A stretch of 64,000 nt of DNA from an uncultured Planctomycetaceae bacterium. GTDB lineage: Bacteria > Planctomycetota > Phycisphaerae > SM23-33. The DNA lies in contig CAZHEH010000004.1 of the NCBI GenBank assembly GCA_964531695.1, positions 68,232 to 132,231 on the forward strand. The letters run 5' to 3'. The notes under the pieces were generated by a model. It saw nothing but the letters and a program-made list of their open reading frames with translations, did not search any database and was not told the origin of the DNA. How positions within the stretch are numbered: the first letter of the stretch is position 1; every line of letters starts with the position of its first letter. Shown here piece by piece: positions 38,504 through 48,199 of the stretch. A program made the position numbers and the translations under genes.

Positions 38504-38580
38504 CGGCTTTCGCGGCGCCCTGGGCTTGGCGTCTTGCGGCGCCAAGGCCGGTACGGCGGCGCTTCACCAATTGCACTCGG

Positions 38581-38609
38581 TGGACAGCGGTCCGGTCCGC
38601 CTCTACAAT
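38581..38609 (+). promoter_or_regulatory. sigma70 promoter
   Basis: TGGACA-N17-TACAAT. Confidence 0.65.
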
Positions 38610-38659
38610 GCCGGGCCGCTCGGCCGCGGCCGGGCGCGAGCCGAAAGGATCCTCTACCC

Positions 38660-39799
38660 ATGGCCGAGAGCACATACGCACAGGACGCCGCATTCCTCCA
38701 GCAGCACACCCAGGTCGCCGAGCTGACGCAGGGCGACGCCCGCGTGGCCGTGGCTCCGGGCTATCAGGGGCGCGTGATGACCTCGTCCTTGGCCGGTGAA
38801 GACGGGGCGAGTTTCGGCTGGCTGAACCGCGAGTTCATCGAGGGCGGCGAGACGGGCACGGCCTTCGACAACTACGGCGGCGAGGACCGCTTCTGGCTCG
38901 GGCCCGAGGCGGGCCAGTTCGGCCTGTGGTTCGAGCCGGGCGAGCCGTTCAACCTGGACCACTGGAAGACCCCGCCCGGCTTCAACGAGGGCGCGTTCGA
39001 GGTGGACACGCTCAGTGCCGGCTCGGTCGCGATGAGCCGCCGGTTCCGCGTCACCAACGCCAGCGGAACGGAGTTCGCTTGCTCCGTGTGGCGGACGATC
39101 AACCTCATCGGCCCGAGCGACGCGGCCGGGCTTCTTGGCATCGACATGCCGAAGGGCGTCCGGATGGTCGGCTTCGAGTCCGAGAATCAGCTCGGCAACG
39201 CGGGAGACGAGCCCTGGACACGTGACGGCGGCCTGTTGAGCGTGTGGATCCTCGGACAGTTCAAGCCGCTGCCGCACGGACAGGTGATCGCCCCATTCGT
39301 CGTGGGCGACGCCGCAACGCTCGGGCCGAAGGTCACCACCAATTACTTCGGCGAAATCCCGCCCGAACGCTGCCGTGTCGGTGAGTGGTACGTCCTGTTC
39401 TCCTGCGACGGGCAATACCGCAGCAAGATCGGCGTCTCGCCGATGCGGGCCAAGGACGTAATCGGCAGCTACGACCCCGACGCCGAGGTCCTGACAATCG
39501 TGCAGTTCAACCTGCCGGTCGACTCGGGCAACATGCCGTACGTCAACAGCTTGTGGGAGCGGCAGGAAGAGCCGTTCGCCGGGGATGCGGTCAACAGCTA
39601 CAACGACGGCCCGCCGTCGCCCGGCGCGACCCCCCTGGGGCCCTTCTACGAGATCGAGACCTCCAGCCCCGCGGCCGAGCTGGACCCGGGAGAGACCCTT
39701 TCACACGAACACCGGACCTTCCATTTCGCCGGCGACCAAGACGGGCTGGAGACCATCGCGCGGTCCGTGCTCGGGATCGACCTGGACAAGATCGCATAG
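38660..39799 (+). CDS. DUF6786-like protein (probable galactose-mutarotase-like fold)
   Basis: YQGRVMTS, GGEDRFWLGPEAGQF, DAVNSYNDGP and FYEIETSSPAA; family recalled from memory. Confidence 0.7.
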   Translation: MAESTYAQDAAFLQQHTQVAELTQGDARVAVAPGYQGRVMTSSLAGEDGASFGWLNREFIEGGETGTAFDNYGGEDRFWLGPEAGQFGLWFEPGEPFNLDHWKTPPGFNEGAFEVDTLSAGSVAMSRRFRVTNASGTEFACSVWRTINLIGPSDAAGLLGIDMPKGVRMVGFESENQLGNAGDEPWTRDGGLLSVWILGQFKPLPHGQVIAPFVVGDAATLGPKVTTNYFGEIPPERCRVGEWYVLFSCDGQYRSKIGVSPMRAKDVIGSYDPDAEVLTIVQFNLPVDSGNMPYVNSLWERQEEPFAGDAVNSYNDGPPSPGATPLGPFYEIETSSPAAELDPGETLSHEHRTFHFAGDQDGLETIARSVLGIDLDKIA

Positions 39800-39818
39800 G
39801 TCAGGCCCGCGACCGAAG

Positions 39819-39847
39819 TTGTGACCGGCGCTCGCGGCGACTATACT
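39819..39847 (+). promoter_or_regulatory. sigma70 promoter
   Basis: TTGTGA-N17-TATACT. Confidence 0.6.
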
Positions 39848-39977
39848 TCCGTGACCCGCCGATTGAGGCGTATCGGGCGCTCCATCGGCGGGATCGGGTA
39901 CACGTTCGCAGAAACCAGGGCCGCTTCGGCCCGAGAACGCTGCGCCGTCCGGAGCGGTAAGATAAGAGGAGAATGCC

Positions 39978-40484
39978 ATGAGTGATTCGGTTCTGTCCCG
40001 TATCGGTCGAGCGGCCAAGATGGCCACGGTGGGCGCAATCCGAACGGCCGGGGATGTCGGCGAGGCCGTGGTCGAGTCCACCCGCGACGTGGTCTGCACC
40101 GCGCTGGATGGCGTGACCGACGTGACGACGGCCGCGTTCAAGAGCGTCGCCGAGATCGTCAAGGGCGCCGTCCACGCGGCGGCGGATGTGGGTTCCGACA
40201 TCGGCAAGACGACGCAAAAGGCCGTGCGCGGCGCCGTAAAGGGCGCGCACGAGACCGGCGCGGACGTCGGCAAGGCGGCCGTGGCCGCGGTGCGCGGCAG
40301 TATCGAGGCCGTGCAGGAAGTCGGAGGCGATACGACCAAGGCCCTGCAAAACGCCGTGACGGGCGCCCTTGACGCCGCCGGCGAGATCAGCGAGAAGACG
40401 GCCGAGGAGGTCGCCGACGCGCTCTCCTCGTCCGTGCAGGGGGCCAAGGAAGTCGTGCAATCCACATACAAGAAGAAGGAGTAG
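39978..40484 (+). CDS. 22-residue amphipathic repeat protein
   Basis: Six full 22-aa repeats of the form xGA(V/I/L)...(D/E)VG...AV; RBS GAGGAG. Confidence 0.75.
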   Translation: MSDSVLSRIGRAAKMATVGAIRTAGDVGEAVVESTRDVVCTALDGVTDVTTAAFKSVAEIVKGAVHAAADVGSDIGKTTQKAVRGAVKGAHETGADVGKAAVAAVRGSIEAVQEVGGDTTKALQNAVTGALDAAGEISEKTAEEVADALSSSVQGAKEVVQSTYKKKE

Positions 40485-40550
40485 GTCGCCCCGGGCGCGG
40501 CGCAGCGTTCCCGGACGCCGCCGCGGAAAGCGACCTGATCCGTCCGCGCG

Positions 40551-41954
40551 ATGCTCGAACGACTGGCGACCCGCGTGCAGCGGTTCCTGACGGCCCCGGC
40601 GGATGAGTTGAGCCGCTGCATGCGTCTGCTGCGCGGCCAGCTCCGCGTGTACATCCTCTCCGTTCGGCGTCTTCGCGAGATGAACGCGATGACGATGGCC
40701 TCGGCGTTGGCCTTCCGAACGATCTTCGCCCTCGTGCCGACGCTCGTGCTGGCGTACGTGGTGCTGAGCCCGTTGAGCGGGGCCGACACCGAGCAGCAGA
40801 TTCGTTCCCTGCTGAACCAGGCAGGGCTCGGGGAGTTGCGTGTCCGCCGGGCGGCCGACGGGCCCGACCAACAACCGCCACCCGACACGCGCCCGGATGG
40901 AAAGGACACCCAACGCGCCGAGCGCCGAAGACGCCCCCGGGACCTGGCCGAGGGCCTCGGGCGGCTCGTGGCGGGGGTCGAGAGGAAGCTGACGCTCGGC
41001 GCCATCGGGCCCATCGGCGGCCTGGTGCTGATCTACTCGGCCGTGGCGCTGCTGACGGCCGTGGAACGGTCGCTGAACCGCGTCTTCGACGCTCCCAGGA
41101 CGCGCCCCTTCCTCCACCGCGCGCTGCTCTACTGGTCCGCCGTGACACTCGTGCCGGTGGTGTTTCTCTCCGCCCGGTATGCCACCGGCCTGGCCGTGGA
41201 CTTCGTCTCCCAGGCGCCCCACTTCGGCTGGCTGCTGGGCGGTCTGGCGCGGGTGCCGCAGTGGGCCCTCGGCGTGCTGCTGCTCGCCGGGGTGTACACC
41301 GCCCTTCCCAATGCCCGGGTGGGCTTCCGCAACGCCGCCGGCGGCGCGCTGGTAGCGGTGGCGTGCTGGGTCATTGGCCAGTGGGCGTTCGGGCTGTTCG
41401 TGGTGCATGCCGGCACGCGAAGCATCTACGGAGCGGTGGCGCTGTTGCCGCTGTTCCTGATCTGGCTCTATCTGCTCTGGATGATCTTCCTGTTCGGAGC
41501 AGTGCTGACCTACGCCGCCGGCAGCGCACGGACCTTCGCCCTCCATGGGCGGAAGGACGAGCCCGGCGCCGAGGCGTGGGACCTCGTGGCGGCCGCGGCG
41601 GTGATTGGATGCGCATACGAATCCGGCTCCGGCCCCGTTTCCAAGCAGCGGCTGGCGGTCGCCCTGGGTCTGCCCGAGCACGGCGTCTCGCCGCTGATAC
41701 GAACGCTGGAGCGTCTGGGGGTCATCTGTCCGGCCGTGCGCAACACCGAGGCCGGCTTCGTACCGGCACGCCCCCCAAGCCGCATCAAGCTGGCCGATTT
41801 GTTCGGCGCCGCCGGCCCCGCCGTTGAGCCGGGCGCATCCCGCTGGCCGGGCAGGACGGCCCGCCTGGTGGACGCCGCGCGGGCGCGAACGGCCGCGGCC
41901 ATGGACGAGTTGAGCTTGGCGGACGTGATCGCCAATGACGGCCCCGAGACATAG
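40551..41954 (+). CDS. YihY/BrkB-family membrane protein with a C-terminal Rrf2-like HTH
   Basis: ASALAFRTIFALVP, VERSLNRVF, YGAVALLPLFLIWLYLLW and PPSRIKLADL. Confidence 0.85.
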   Translation: MLERLATRVQRFLTAPADELSRCMRLLRGQLRVYILSVRRLREMNAMTMASALAFRTIFALVPTLVLAYVVLSPLSGADTEQQIRSLLNQAGLGELRVRRAADGPDQQPPPDTRPDGKDTQRAERRRRPRDLAEGLGRLVAGVERKLTLGAIGPIGGLVLIYSAVALLTAVERSLNRVFDAPRTRPFLHRALLYWSAVTLVPVVFLSARYATGLAVDFVSQAPHFGWLLGGLARVPQWALGVLLLAGVYTALPNARVGFRNAAGGALVAVACWVIGQWAFGLFVVHAGTRSIYGAVALLPLFLIWLYLLWMIFLFGAVLTYAAGSARTFALHGRKDEPGAEAWDLVAAAAVIGCAYESGSGPVSKQRLAVALGLPEHGVSPLIRTLERLGVICPAVRNTEAGFVPARPPSRIKLADLFGAAGPAVEPGASRWPGRTARLVDAARARTAAAMDELSLADVIANDGPET

Positions 41955-41963
41955 GAGCAAGGC

Positions 41964-43028
41964 ATGACCCGCTGGCTCAAGCTTCCGTACGTCAAGCGCG
42001 GGCAGCCGCCCGGGACGCCGGTCTACGTCGGCGCGCCGAAGGTCGGCCCCGTTCGCGTCACCGTGATCGACTACGGCCCGGATCGTTGCGAACAGCGAGA
42101 GATCGGCGAGCCGACCGAGTGCTTCGGCTACCGGGACACCGAGACCGTCACTTGGATCAACGTCGACGGCGTCCACGACGCCGCGCTGGTGCAGGCGCTG
42201 GGGGAGCACTTCGGCCTCCACCCCCTCGTGCAGGAGGACATCCTCAACACGGAGCAGCGCCCCAAGGCCGAGGACTTCGGCGACCGCCTCTGCGTGTTCG
42301 TCAAGATGCTCCAGTGGAACGAGGGCGCCGACGAAATCGAGCCCGAGAGCGTGAGCTTGGTGCTGGGGCCTCGGTTCGTGATCTCCTTCCAGGAGCGGGC
42401 GGGCGACGTCTTCGAGACGGTGCGGGACCGGATCCGAGAGAACAAGGGCCGCATCCGGCGGATGGGGGCCGGGTACCTGGCCTACTCGCTGCTCGACGCC
42501 ATCGCCGACGGCTACTTCGTCGCCCTGGAGCGGCGTGCCGAGAGCATCGAGCAGATCGAGGACGATCTCGTCGGCCGCGTCGACCCGGCCCTGCTGGGGC
42601 GGATACACCGGTTGCGCCGCGAGGGGCTGATGGTGCGCCGGGCCGTTTGGCCGGCGCGAGAACTGGTCAGCGTGCTGGAGCGGAGCGAATCGCCACTGAT
42701 CTCCACCGAGGTCCAGCCGTACCTGCGCGACCTGTACGACCACACGGTGCAGGTGATCGACACGGCCGAGACTTTCCGCGAGATGCTCTCCGGGATGCTC
42801 GATACGTACCTGTCCAGCCAGTCGAACCGGATGAACGAGGTGATGAAGGTCCTGACGATCATCGCCACGATCTTCATCCCGCTGACCTTCATTGCGGGCA
42901 TCTACGGCATGAACTTCCAGCACATGCCGGAGCTGCACCGGTCTTGGGCTTACCCGGCCGTGCTGCTGGTCATGCTCTGCGTCGGGCTGGTCATGCTGGC
43001 GTGGTTCCGCCGCAAGCGCTGGCTGTAG
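41964..43028 (+). CDS. corA: Magnesium/cobalt transporter CorA
   Basis: WINVDG, QRPKAED, MKVLTII and GIYGMNF. Confidence 0.96.
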   Translation: MTRWLKLPYVKRGQPPGTPVYVGAPKVGPVRVTVIDYGPDRCEQREIGEPTECFGYRDTETVTWINVDGVHDAALVQALGEHFGLHPLVQEDILNTEQRPKAEDFGDRLCVFVKMLQWNEGADEIEPESVSLVLGPRFVISFQERAGDVFETVRDRIRENKGRIRRMGAGYLAYSLLDAIADGYFVALERRAESIEQIEDDLVGRVDPALLGRIHRLRREGLMVRRAVWPARELVSVLERSESPLISTEVQPYLRDLYDHTVQVIDTAETFREMLSGMLDTYLSSQSNRMNEVMKVLTIIATIFIPLTFIAGIYGMNFQHMPELHRSWAYPAVLLVMLCVGLVMLAWFRRKRWL

Positions 43029-43705
43029 CGCCCCGTGAGCACAATCCGCCCGAGAGCCAGCGCCGCCGCCAGGCCGGGCCAGACCAGCGCCGCCCAGGCC
43101 GGACGGGGGAAGACGCCGCCGGACTGCCGGGCCACCTGCCACGCGAACGTCGCCGGCGCGAGCCGGCCGATCGCCCGCCCGGCCGTGGGAGTCGCGAACT
43201 CCAGCGCGATGTAGTGAACCGCGGGCAGGGCCAGCCCGGCGGCCACGGGCAGCAGCAGGAGAAGCCACCGCCACTCCCGCAACTCGGCCAGCAGCCCGCC
43301 AACGGCCAGCGGGACGGTCCACACACACAGCACGTAGACGACAACTCGCAGCACGTCCGGCGCGGTGGCGTTCGAGACGTGGGCGGCCGGAACGTACAGC
43401 GGAAGCGTCACCAGCAGCAGACCGAGCATCTCCACGCCCGAGCGACGCCAGTAGTGCTCCGCTCGCCCGCGTGCAGCCCGTTGCAGCGCCGCCACGGGCC
43501 AAGCCAACAGCCCGAAAAGCACCTGCGCGGCCGCGAGGATCGACAAGGCCGGCAGGACCGGCTCGATTCGGCCGGTGATCGGCACGTAGAACCAGCGAGG
43601 GTACAGACCGGCCATGAATGCCAGCAGGCACGCCGCCAGATAGAGCAACCCGAGCGGCTGCCACAGGGCAGACAGCACCGTCCGCCTTGTCGAGTACTGG
43701 ATCAT
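42950..43705 (-). CDS. Hypothetical multi-pass membrane protein directly downstream of ftsQ
   Basis: About 6-7 hydrophobic segments; starts 5 nt after the ftsQ stop; overlaps the corA 3' end by 79 nt. Confidence 0.7.
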   Translation of the reverse strand: MIQYSTRRTVLSALWQPLGLLYLAACLLAFMAGLYPRWFYVPITGRIEPVLPALSILAAAQVLFGLLAWPVAALQRAARGRAEHYWRRSGVEMLGLLLVTLPLYVPAAHVSNATAPDVLRVVVYVLCVWTVPLAVGGLLAELREWRWLLLLLPVAAGLALPAVHYIALEFATPTAGRAIGRLAPATFAWQVARQSGGVFPRPAWAALVWPGLAAALALGRIVLTGRYSQRLRRNHASMTSPTQSMTSSTAG

Positions 43706-43710
43706 GTCGC

Positions 43711-44823
43711 TCAGCGAGGTCGCGAGCCGTGCGAGCGAGACAGCCGGTCATCGCGGCGCATCCGGGCACGCAACGCGGCATGGCGCCGCCGGTCATCCGG
43801 CCCGTAGCGCTTCACCACCGTCTGGTCGTGCCGCGTCAGGTCCACCTGCGCGTGAAACCCGGCGAGCCGTCCCCCGTGGCGGGCGGCATACGCGTCCAAT
43901 TTGGCCAGCTTGCACTCGGTCGGCACGACCCAATCCCCGTCCGGGTGCGGGAAGCGTCCGAAGACGATCTCCGTCCGTCGGCCCCAGTCGTCCACCGCCA
44001 CCATGCGAATCTGCGGCGCCGCTCGGGTCGCCCGCCAGCCGATGTTCCGGACGTCGACTTCCACGATCTGCGCGGCGTACGGCCGCTTCCACAGGAGCTT
44101 CACGAGCCGCAGCCCCGCCTCGACGTCGTCTCCGGGCCAGGGCTCGCCCGGCGCGGGCGACTCGGCCTCCACGCCGCGGATGAAAACGTAGTGAACCCGC
44201 ACCACCCGAGCGCCGGCGGGCAGCTCCGCGCGATCCATGAAATACGCCTCCCGAGTGCCGCCGCCGGACCGCGGCACCGAGGCCCGCCACCGCGGCACAT
44301 CGTCCGGCAGGCGGTGGGCGTCGTGCGAGACATACTGCCAGGATCGGCCGTCCGGGGTCAGCACCCTTGCGGCCGGGGAGCGGTAGATTGCGTCGATCTC
44401 CGCCACGCCCCGCGCCGGATCATCCGTGCGAAGCTTGCGGATGCCCCGCACCTCACGGACCCATGGATTCGCGTTTGCGCGGCGGTGGATCTGGCGCGTC
44501 AGCTCGGGGTCGCGAAGATCGCCTTCGTGCGGCAGAACGTCCGAGCGGATGTCGCGTGCCAGCGAGGCGGGCATCCAGCCCGGCGTGTCGCACAGCCGCG
44601 CCGATACGGACACGTGCCCCCGGCCGGGATGGTGCTGGACGTAGCCGTGCGCGGCCCACAGCCCCGCGACGAGCCCGGCCAGCGGCGCCATCGTCGCGAG
44701 AATGCGCAAGGCGATGCCGCCGATCAGAGCGCGCCGCTCCGCGACGGCCTCTCCGGCCTTGTGCAACCATGCGACGGGGCCGGAGCCGTCGCCGGCGGAA
44801 TCTGTCTGCTGCGCGCGGGCCAT
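43711..44823 (-). CDS. ftsQ: Divergent FtsQ/DivIB-like cell division protein
   Basis: Single TM followed by NPWVREVRGIRK and IDAIYRSPAA (POTRA-like); located after ddl. Confidence 0.65.
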   Translation of the reverse strand: MARAQQTDSAGDGSGPVAWLHKAGEAVAERRALIGGIALRILATMAPLAGLVAGLWAAHGYVQHHPGRGHVSVSARLCDTPGWMPASLARDIRSDVLPHEGDLRDPELTRQIHRRANANPWVREVRGIRKLRTDDPARGVAEIDAIYRSPAARVLTPDGRSWQYVSHDAHRLPDDVPRWRASVPRSGGGTREAYFMDRAELPAGARVVRVHYVFIRGVEAESPAPGEPWPGDDVEAGLRLVKLLWKRPYAAQIVEVDVRNIGWRATRAAPQIRMVAVDDWGRRTEIVFGRFPHPDGDWVVPTECKLAKLDAYAARHGGRLAGFHAQVDLTRHDQTVVKRYGPDDRRRHAALRARMRRDDRLSRSHGSRPR

Positions 44824-44852
44824 CTGGGCGCCTCCGTGCTTCCCAATATCCC

Positions 44853-45833
44853 TTATCGGCTCGACGCCCGCGAATGCGCCAGTGTCACAAGCCGCCCGGC
44901 CAGCGATTCGAAGCTGATGCCGACCCGCCCGGCCGCCATCGGTAGCAGCGAGTGGCTGGTGAAGCCCGGGATCGTGTTGACCTCCAGCACCTGCGCCTCG
45001 CCCGCCTCATCCAGGATAAAGTCGACCCGCGACATGTCCCGGCAACCGAGGGCATGGTGCGCCGCCATTGCGGCCTCGCGGAGCCGCTCGCAGATCGGCT
45101 CATCGAGCCCGTGGTCGAACTCGTACCGGGTGCCCGCATCGTCGGCGTACTTCGCGCGGTAGTCATAGAAGTCCCCGGCCGGAACAACCTCCAGCACCGG
45201 CAGCGGCTCCTCGCCGAGGATGCCCACGGTCAGTTCCCGACCGGCTGCGTACCGCTCAATCATGGCCCGGCCGTACCCGTCGAGCAGCAGGTCCAAGGCC
45301 GTGTCGCGTTCGGACTCGCTCCGGGCGATGGTGATGTCCACGCTGGAGCCGCCGTCAACCGGCTTGCAGACGACCGGCAGCGGCAACTCGGCCAGCCACC
45401 CGCGAACCTGCGCCGGTGCGTGATATTGCTCCACGATGATCCAATCCGGCGTGGTCAGGCCCGCCCGGCGGAACCGCTGCTTGGCGGCGGCCTTGTCCAG
45501 GGCGAGCCGGCTGGCCTCCGGCCCGGAGCCCGTGTAGGCCAAGCCGCGCGCTTCACAGAGCTGCTGCACGTCGCCCGATTCGCCGAAGCTTCCGTGGAGG
45601 GCGATGAAAGCCACGTCGAGCCCCGCGCGATCCAGCGCGGACGTGTCCCGCGGCGAGATGTCAGCGCGCTGCACCTTGTGACCGCAGCGCTCCAGCGCCT
45701 CGGCGATGGCCGTGCCGCTCATCAGCGAGACCTCTCGCTCGGTAGAGGGTCCGCCCATCAGGACGGTGATATCAAGGGGCGCGCCGAAGGGAGCCGCGGC
45801 GTCGCCTTCCATGGCGGCGGAGGGCTTGCTCAT
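44853..45833 (-). CDS. ddl: D-alanine--D-alanine ligase
   Basis: GGPSTEREVSL, LHGSFGESG, YDYRAKY and LEVNTIPG. Confidence 0.96.
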   Translation of the reverse strand: MSKPSAAMEGDAAAPFGAPLDITVLMGGPSTEREVSLMSGTAIAEALERCGHKVQRADISPRDTSALDRAGLDVAFIALHGSFGESGDVQQLCEARGLAYTGSGPEASRLALDKAAAKQRFRRAGLTTPDWIIVEQYHAPAQVRGWLAELPLPVVCKPVDGGSSVDITIARSESERDTALDLLLDGYGRAMIERYAAGRELTVGILGEEPLPVLEVVPAGDFYDYRAKYADDAGTRYEFDHGLDEPICERLREAAMAAHHALGCRDMSRVDFILDEAGEAQVLEVNTIPGFTSHSLLPMAAGRVGISFESLAGRLVTLAHSRASSR

Positions 45834-45834
45834 G

Positions 45835-46713
45835 TCACCAGACCTCGATTTCCAGCTCCAAGTAGACCTCGGCCGTCTTGTAGACCTCCTCGCGGATCGT
45901 GTTGATGAGCTTGAGAACGTCGGAGGCCTTCGTGCCGGCGTCGGCGAGTATGAAGTTGGCGTGCTTGTCGGACACGTGGGCGCCGCCGACGCGCCGGCCC
46001 TTGAGCCCGGCTCGGTCGATCAGCGCACCGGCCGAGATGCCGCGCGGGTTCTTGAAAACACACCCGGCGTTGCGGCTGCCCAGCGGCTGGGTGTTCTTCT
46101 TATAGATCCATATCTGCTTGACCTGCCGGAGGATTCGGTGCGGATCGTCCTCCGTCAGCCGGAAGTCCACACCCAGGATATACCGGGCGGTGATGTTCGT
46201 CGATCGGTACGCGAAGGCCAACTCCGGGCGGTGCCGCGTGAACAGCTCGCCGCCGGCGGTCATGACCTCGACCGACTCGACGACGTTGCCGATGTCGCCG
46301 AACGAGCCGCCCGCGTTCATCCGGACGCAGCCGCCGACCGTGCCCGGAATGCCCGTGAGGCACTCCAGCCCGCCGAGTCCTTCCCGCACGCAGTGCAGCA
46401 CGAGCTTGCCCATGTCCGCGCCGGCGGCGGCATGCAGGCCGCTCTCCGTACGGCGGTACTCCGTGAAGTGTCCCTGCCGCAGGTGCACCACCGCGCCGCT
46501 GAAGCCGGCGTCGTCGACCAGCAGGTTCGCCCCGGCGCCGAGGACGCGCGTCGGAATCTCGTTCTCGTTGCACCGACGGACGACCTCGCTCAATTCCTCG
46601 ACGCTCCGGGGAGTGACGAAGTACTTGGCCGGTCCGCCGATGCCGAGCCACGTGTACGGCCCGATCGACTCATCCTGCCTGACGATCTCTTCCAAGCCCG
46701 CGAACAAGCTCAT
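45835..46713 (-). CDS. murB: UDP-N-acetylenolpyruvoylglucosamine reductase
   Basis: GAGANLL, GIPGTVGG..MNAG and NAGCVFKNP. Confidence 0.96.
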   Translation of the reverse strand: MSLFAGLEEIVRQDESIGPYTWLGIGGPAKYFVTPRSVEELSEVVRRCNENEIPTRVLGAGANLLVDDAGFSGAVVHLRQGHFTEYRRTESGLHAAAGADMGKLVLHCVREGLGGLECLTGIPGTVGGCVRMNAGGSFGDIGNVVESVEVMTAGGELFTRHRPELAFAYRSTNITARYILGVDFRLTEDDPHRILRQVKQIWIYKKNTQPLGSRNAGCVFKNPRGISAGALIDRAGLKGRRVGGAHVSDKHANFILADAGTKASDVLKLINTIREEVYKTAEVYLELEIEVW

Positions 46714-48118
46714 CTGCGATTTCCCAAACGTTGCCCGCCCCCATCGTCACCACCAGATCACCCTCGCCCAGTTGACCGCGCAGCCGCTCAAGAATCTGCC
46801 GGAAAGTCCCGGCGTACTCGGCCTCTCCGCCGTGGAGGCGGATCTGCGCGACCAGGTCCTGCGAGGAAATATACTCCTTCTCCCGCGCGCTGTCCCGGAC
46901 GAAGTAGATGTCCGGCACGAACACCGCGTCCGCGGCCGTGAAGCTGCGGGCGAAATCCTTCAGCAAGAACCGTGTGCGACTGTGCTGGTGCGGCTGGAAG
47001 ACGCACAGCAGCCGCCTCGGCTCGTAGCGTTCCCGCAGGGCCCGCAAGGTCACCTCGATCTCGGTCGGATGGTGGGCGTAGTCGTCCACGACCGTCACGC
47101 CCCGGCCCCGGCCCTTGAGCGTCATCCGCCGATGCGCGCCGCGGAAGCCGCCCAGGTGGCGGCAGATGTCCTCCGGCGTTAGCCCGGCGTGATGCAGCAA
47201 AGCGGCTGCCGACAAGCAGTTGTACACATTGTGGCGGCCGGGCAACGACGGCGTGACTCGCCCGAAGCGCCGCCCGCCGAAGCGGACCTCAAAGCCGTAG
47301 CGGCCCTGCCGCGGCCGAAGCTCAGCCGCCTGCCAGTGGCAGTCATCCGCCAGGCCGAAGGTCTCGACCGTGCAGCGGGCCGCCTCGGCCGCCCGCCGCG
47401 CCTCGCGGGACTCCCCGTTGACCACCAGAACGCCCTCGGGGGCCACCTGCGCCGCAAACGCGTGGAAGGCCTCCACGATCGCGTCGAGGTCCGCGTAGCA
47501 GTCCAGGTGGTCCTCTTCGAGGTTCAGGATAGTCGCAAGGTGCGGGCGCAGGTTCAGGAAGCTGCGGTCGAACTCGCACGCCTCGGCCACGAAGTGACGC
47601 CCGCCGCCCACGCCGCTCGGGCCGCCGAGCTGCTCGACCGTCGCGCCGATGATGTAGCTGGGCTCCGCCCCGGCCGCGTGCAGCGAGTGGGCGACCATCG
47701 CCGCCGTGGTGCTCTTGCCGTGCGTGCCGGCAACGGCGATGCCCACGTGATGGTCCATCAGCCGCCCGAGCATCTCGCTGTACTTCACCAGCTCCAGCCC
47801 GCGCTGCCGGGCGGCGACTCGTTCCGGATTCTGCTCGTGGATGGCGGCCGAGTGGACAACGATCTCGCAGTCCTCGGGGATGTTCTCGCCCCGCTGCCCC
47901 ACGGCGACGGCCGCGCCGCGCTCGGCGAGCCGCCCCAGCGCCGCGCTATCCGCACGGTCCGACCCGGAAACGACCGCGCCACGCTCCAGCAGCATCTGCG
48001 CCAGGGCGCGCATGCCCGAGCCGCCGATGCCGATCATGTGAATCCGTCGCCCTGAGAAGGTTTCTTCGCTTGCGAGCCGGGCGGAGGTGTCTTCGCGGGG
48101 CGCCATCTCTCGGGGCAT
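46670..48118 (-). CDS. murC: UDP-N-acetylmuramate--L-alanine ligase
   Basis: IGIGGSGM, AGTHGKSTT, DDYAHHPTEI and FQPHQHSRT; AGGAG RBS before 48118. Confidence 0.95.
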   Translation of the reverse strand: MPREMAPREDTSARLASEETFSGRRIHMIGIGGSGMRALAQMLLERGAVVSGSDRADSAALGRLAERGAAVAVGQRGENIPEDCEIVVHSAAIHEQNPERVAARQRGLELVKYSEMLGRLMDHHVGIAVAGTHGKSTTAAMVAHSLHAAGAEPSYIIGATVEQLGGPSGVGGGRHFVAEACEFDRSFLNLRPHLATILNLEEDHLDCYADLDAIVEAFHAFAAQVAPEGVLVVNGESREARRAAEAARCTVETFGLADDCHWQAAELRPRQGRYGFEVRFGGRRFGRVTPSLPGRHNVYNCLSAAALLHHAGLTPEDICRHLGGFRGAHRRMTLKGRGRGVTVVDDYAHHPTEIEVTLRALRERYEPRRLLCVFQPHQHSRTRFLLKDFARSFTAADAVFVPDIYFVRDSAREKEYISSQDLVAQIRLHGGEAEYAGTFRQILERLRGQLGEGDLVVTMGAGNVWEIADELVRGLGRDRQAG

Positions 48119-48199
48119 CGTACTGCTCCTGGGGTGCGGAGTCAAAGCGGGCGCAGTGAGACCCTCCGGCCTCCTTGCCCTTCCTTCTATCGCCCTGCC

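Noticed and set aside
39801-43796. 1331-aa - strand ORF
   Set aside because: Antisense to the repeat protein, yihY and corA, which have clear motifs; Arg/Gly/Ala-rich shadow translation.
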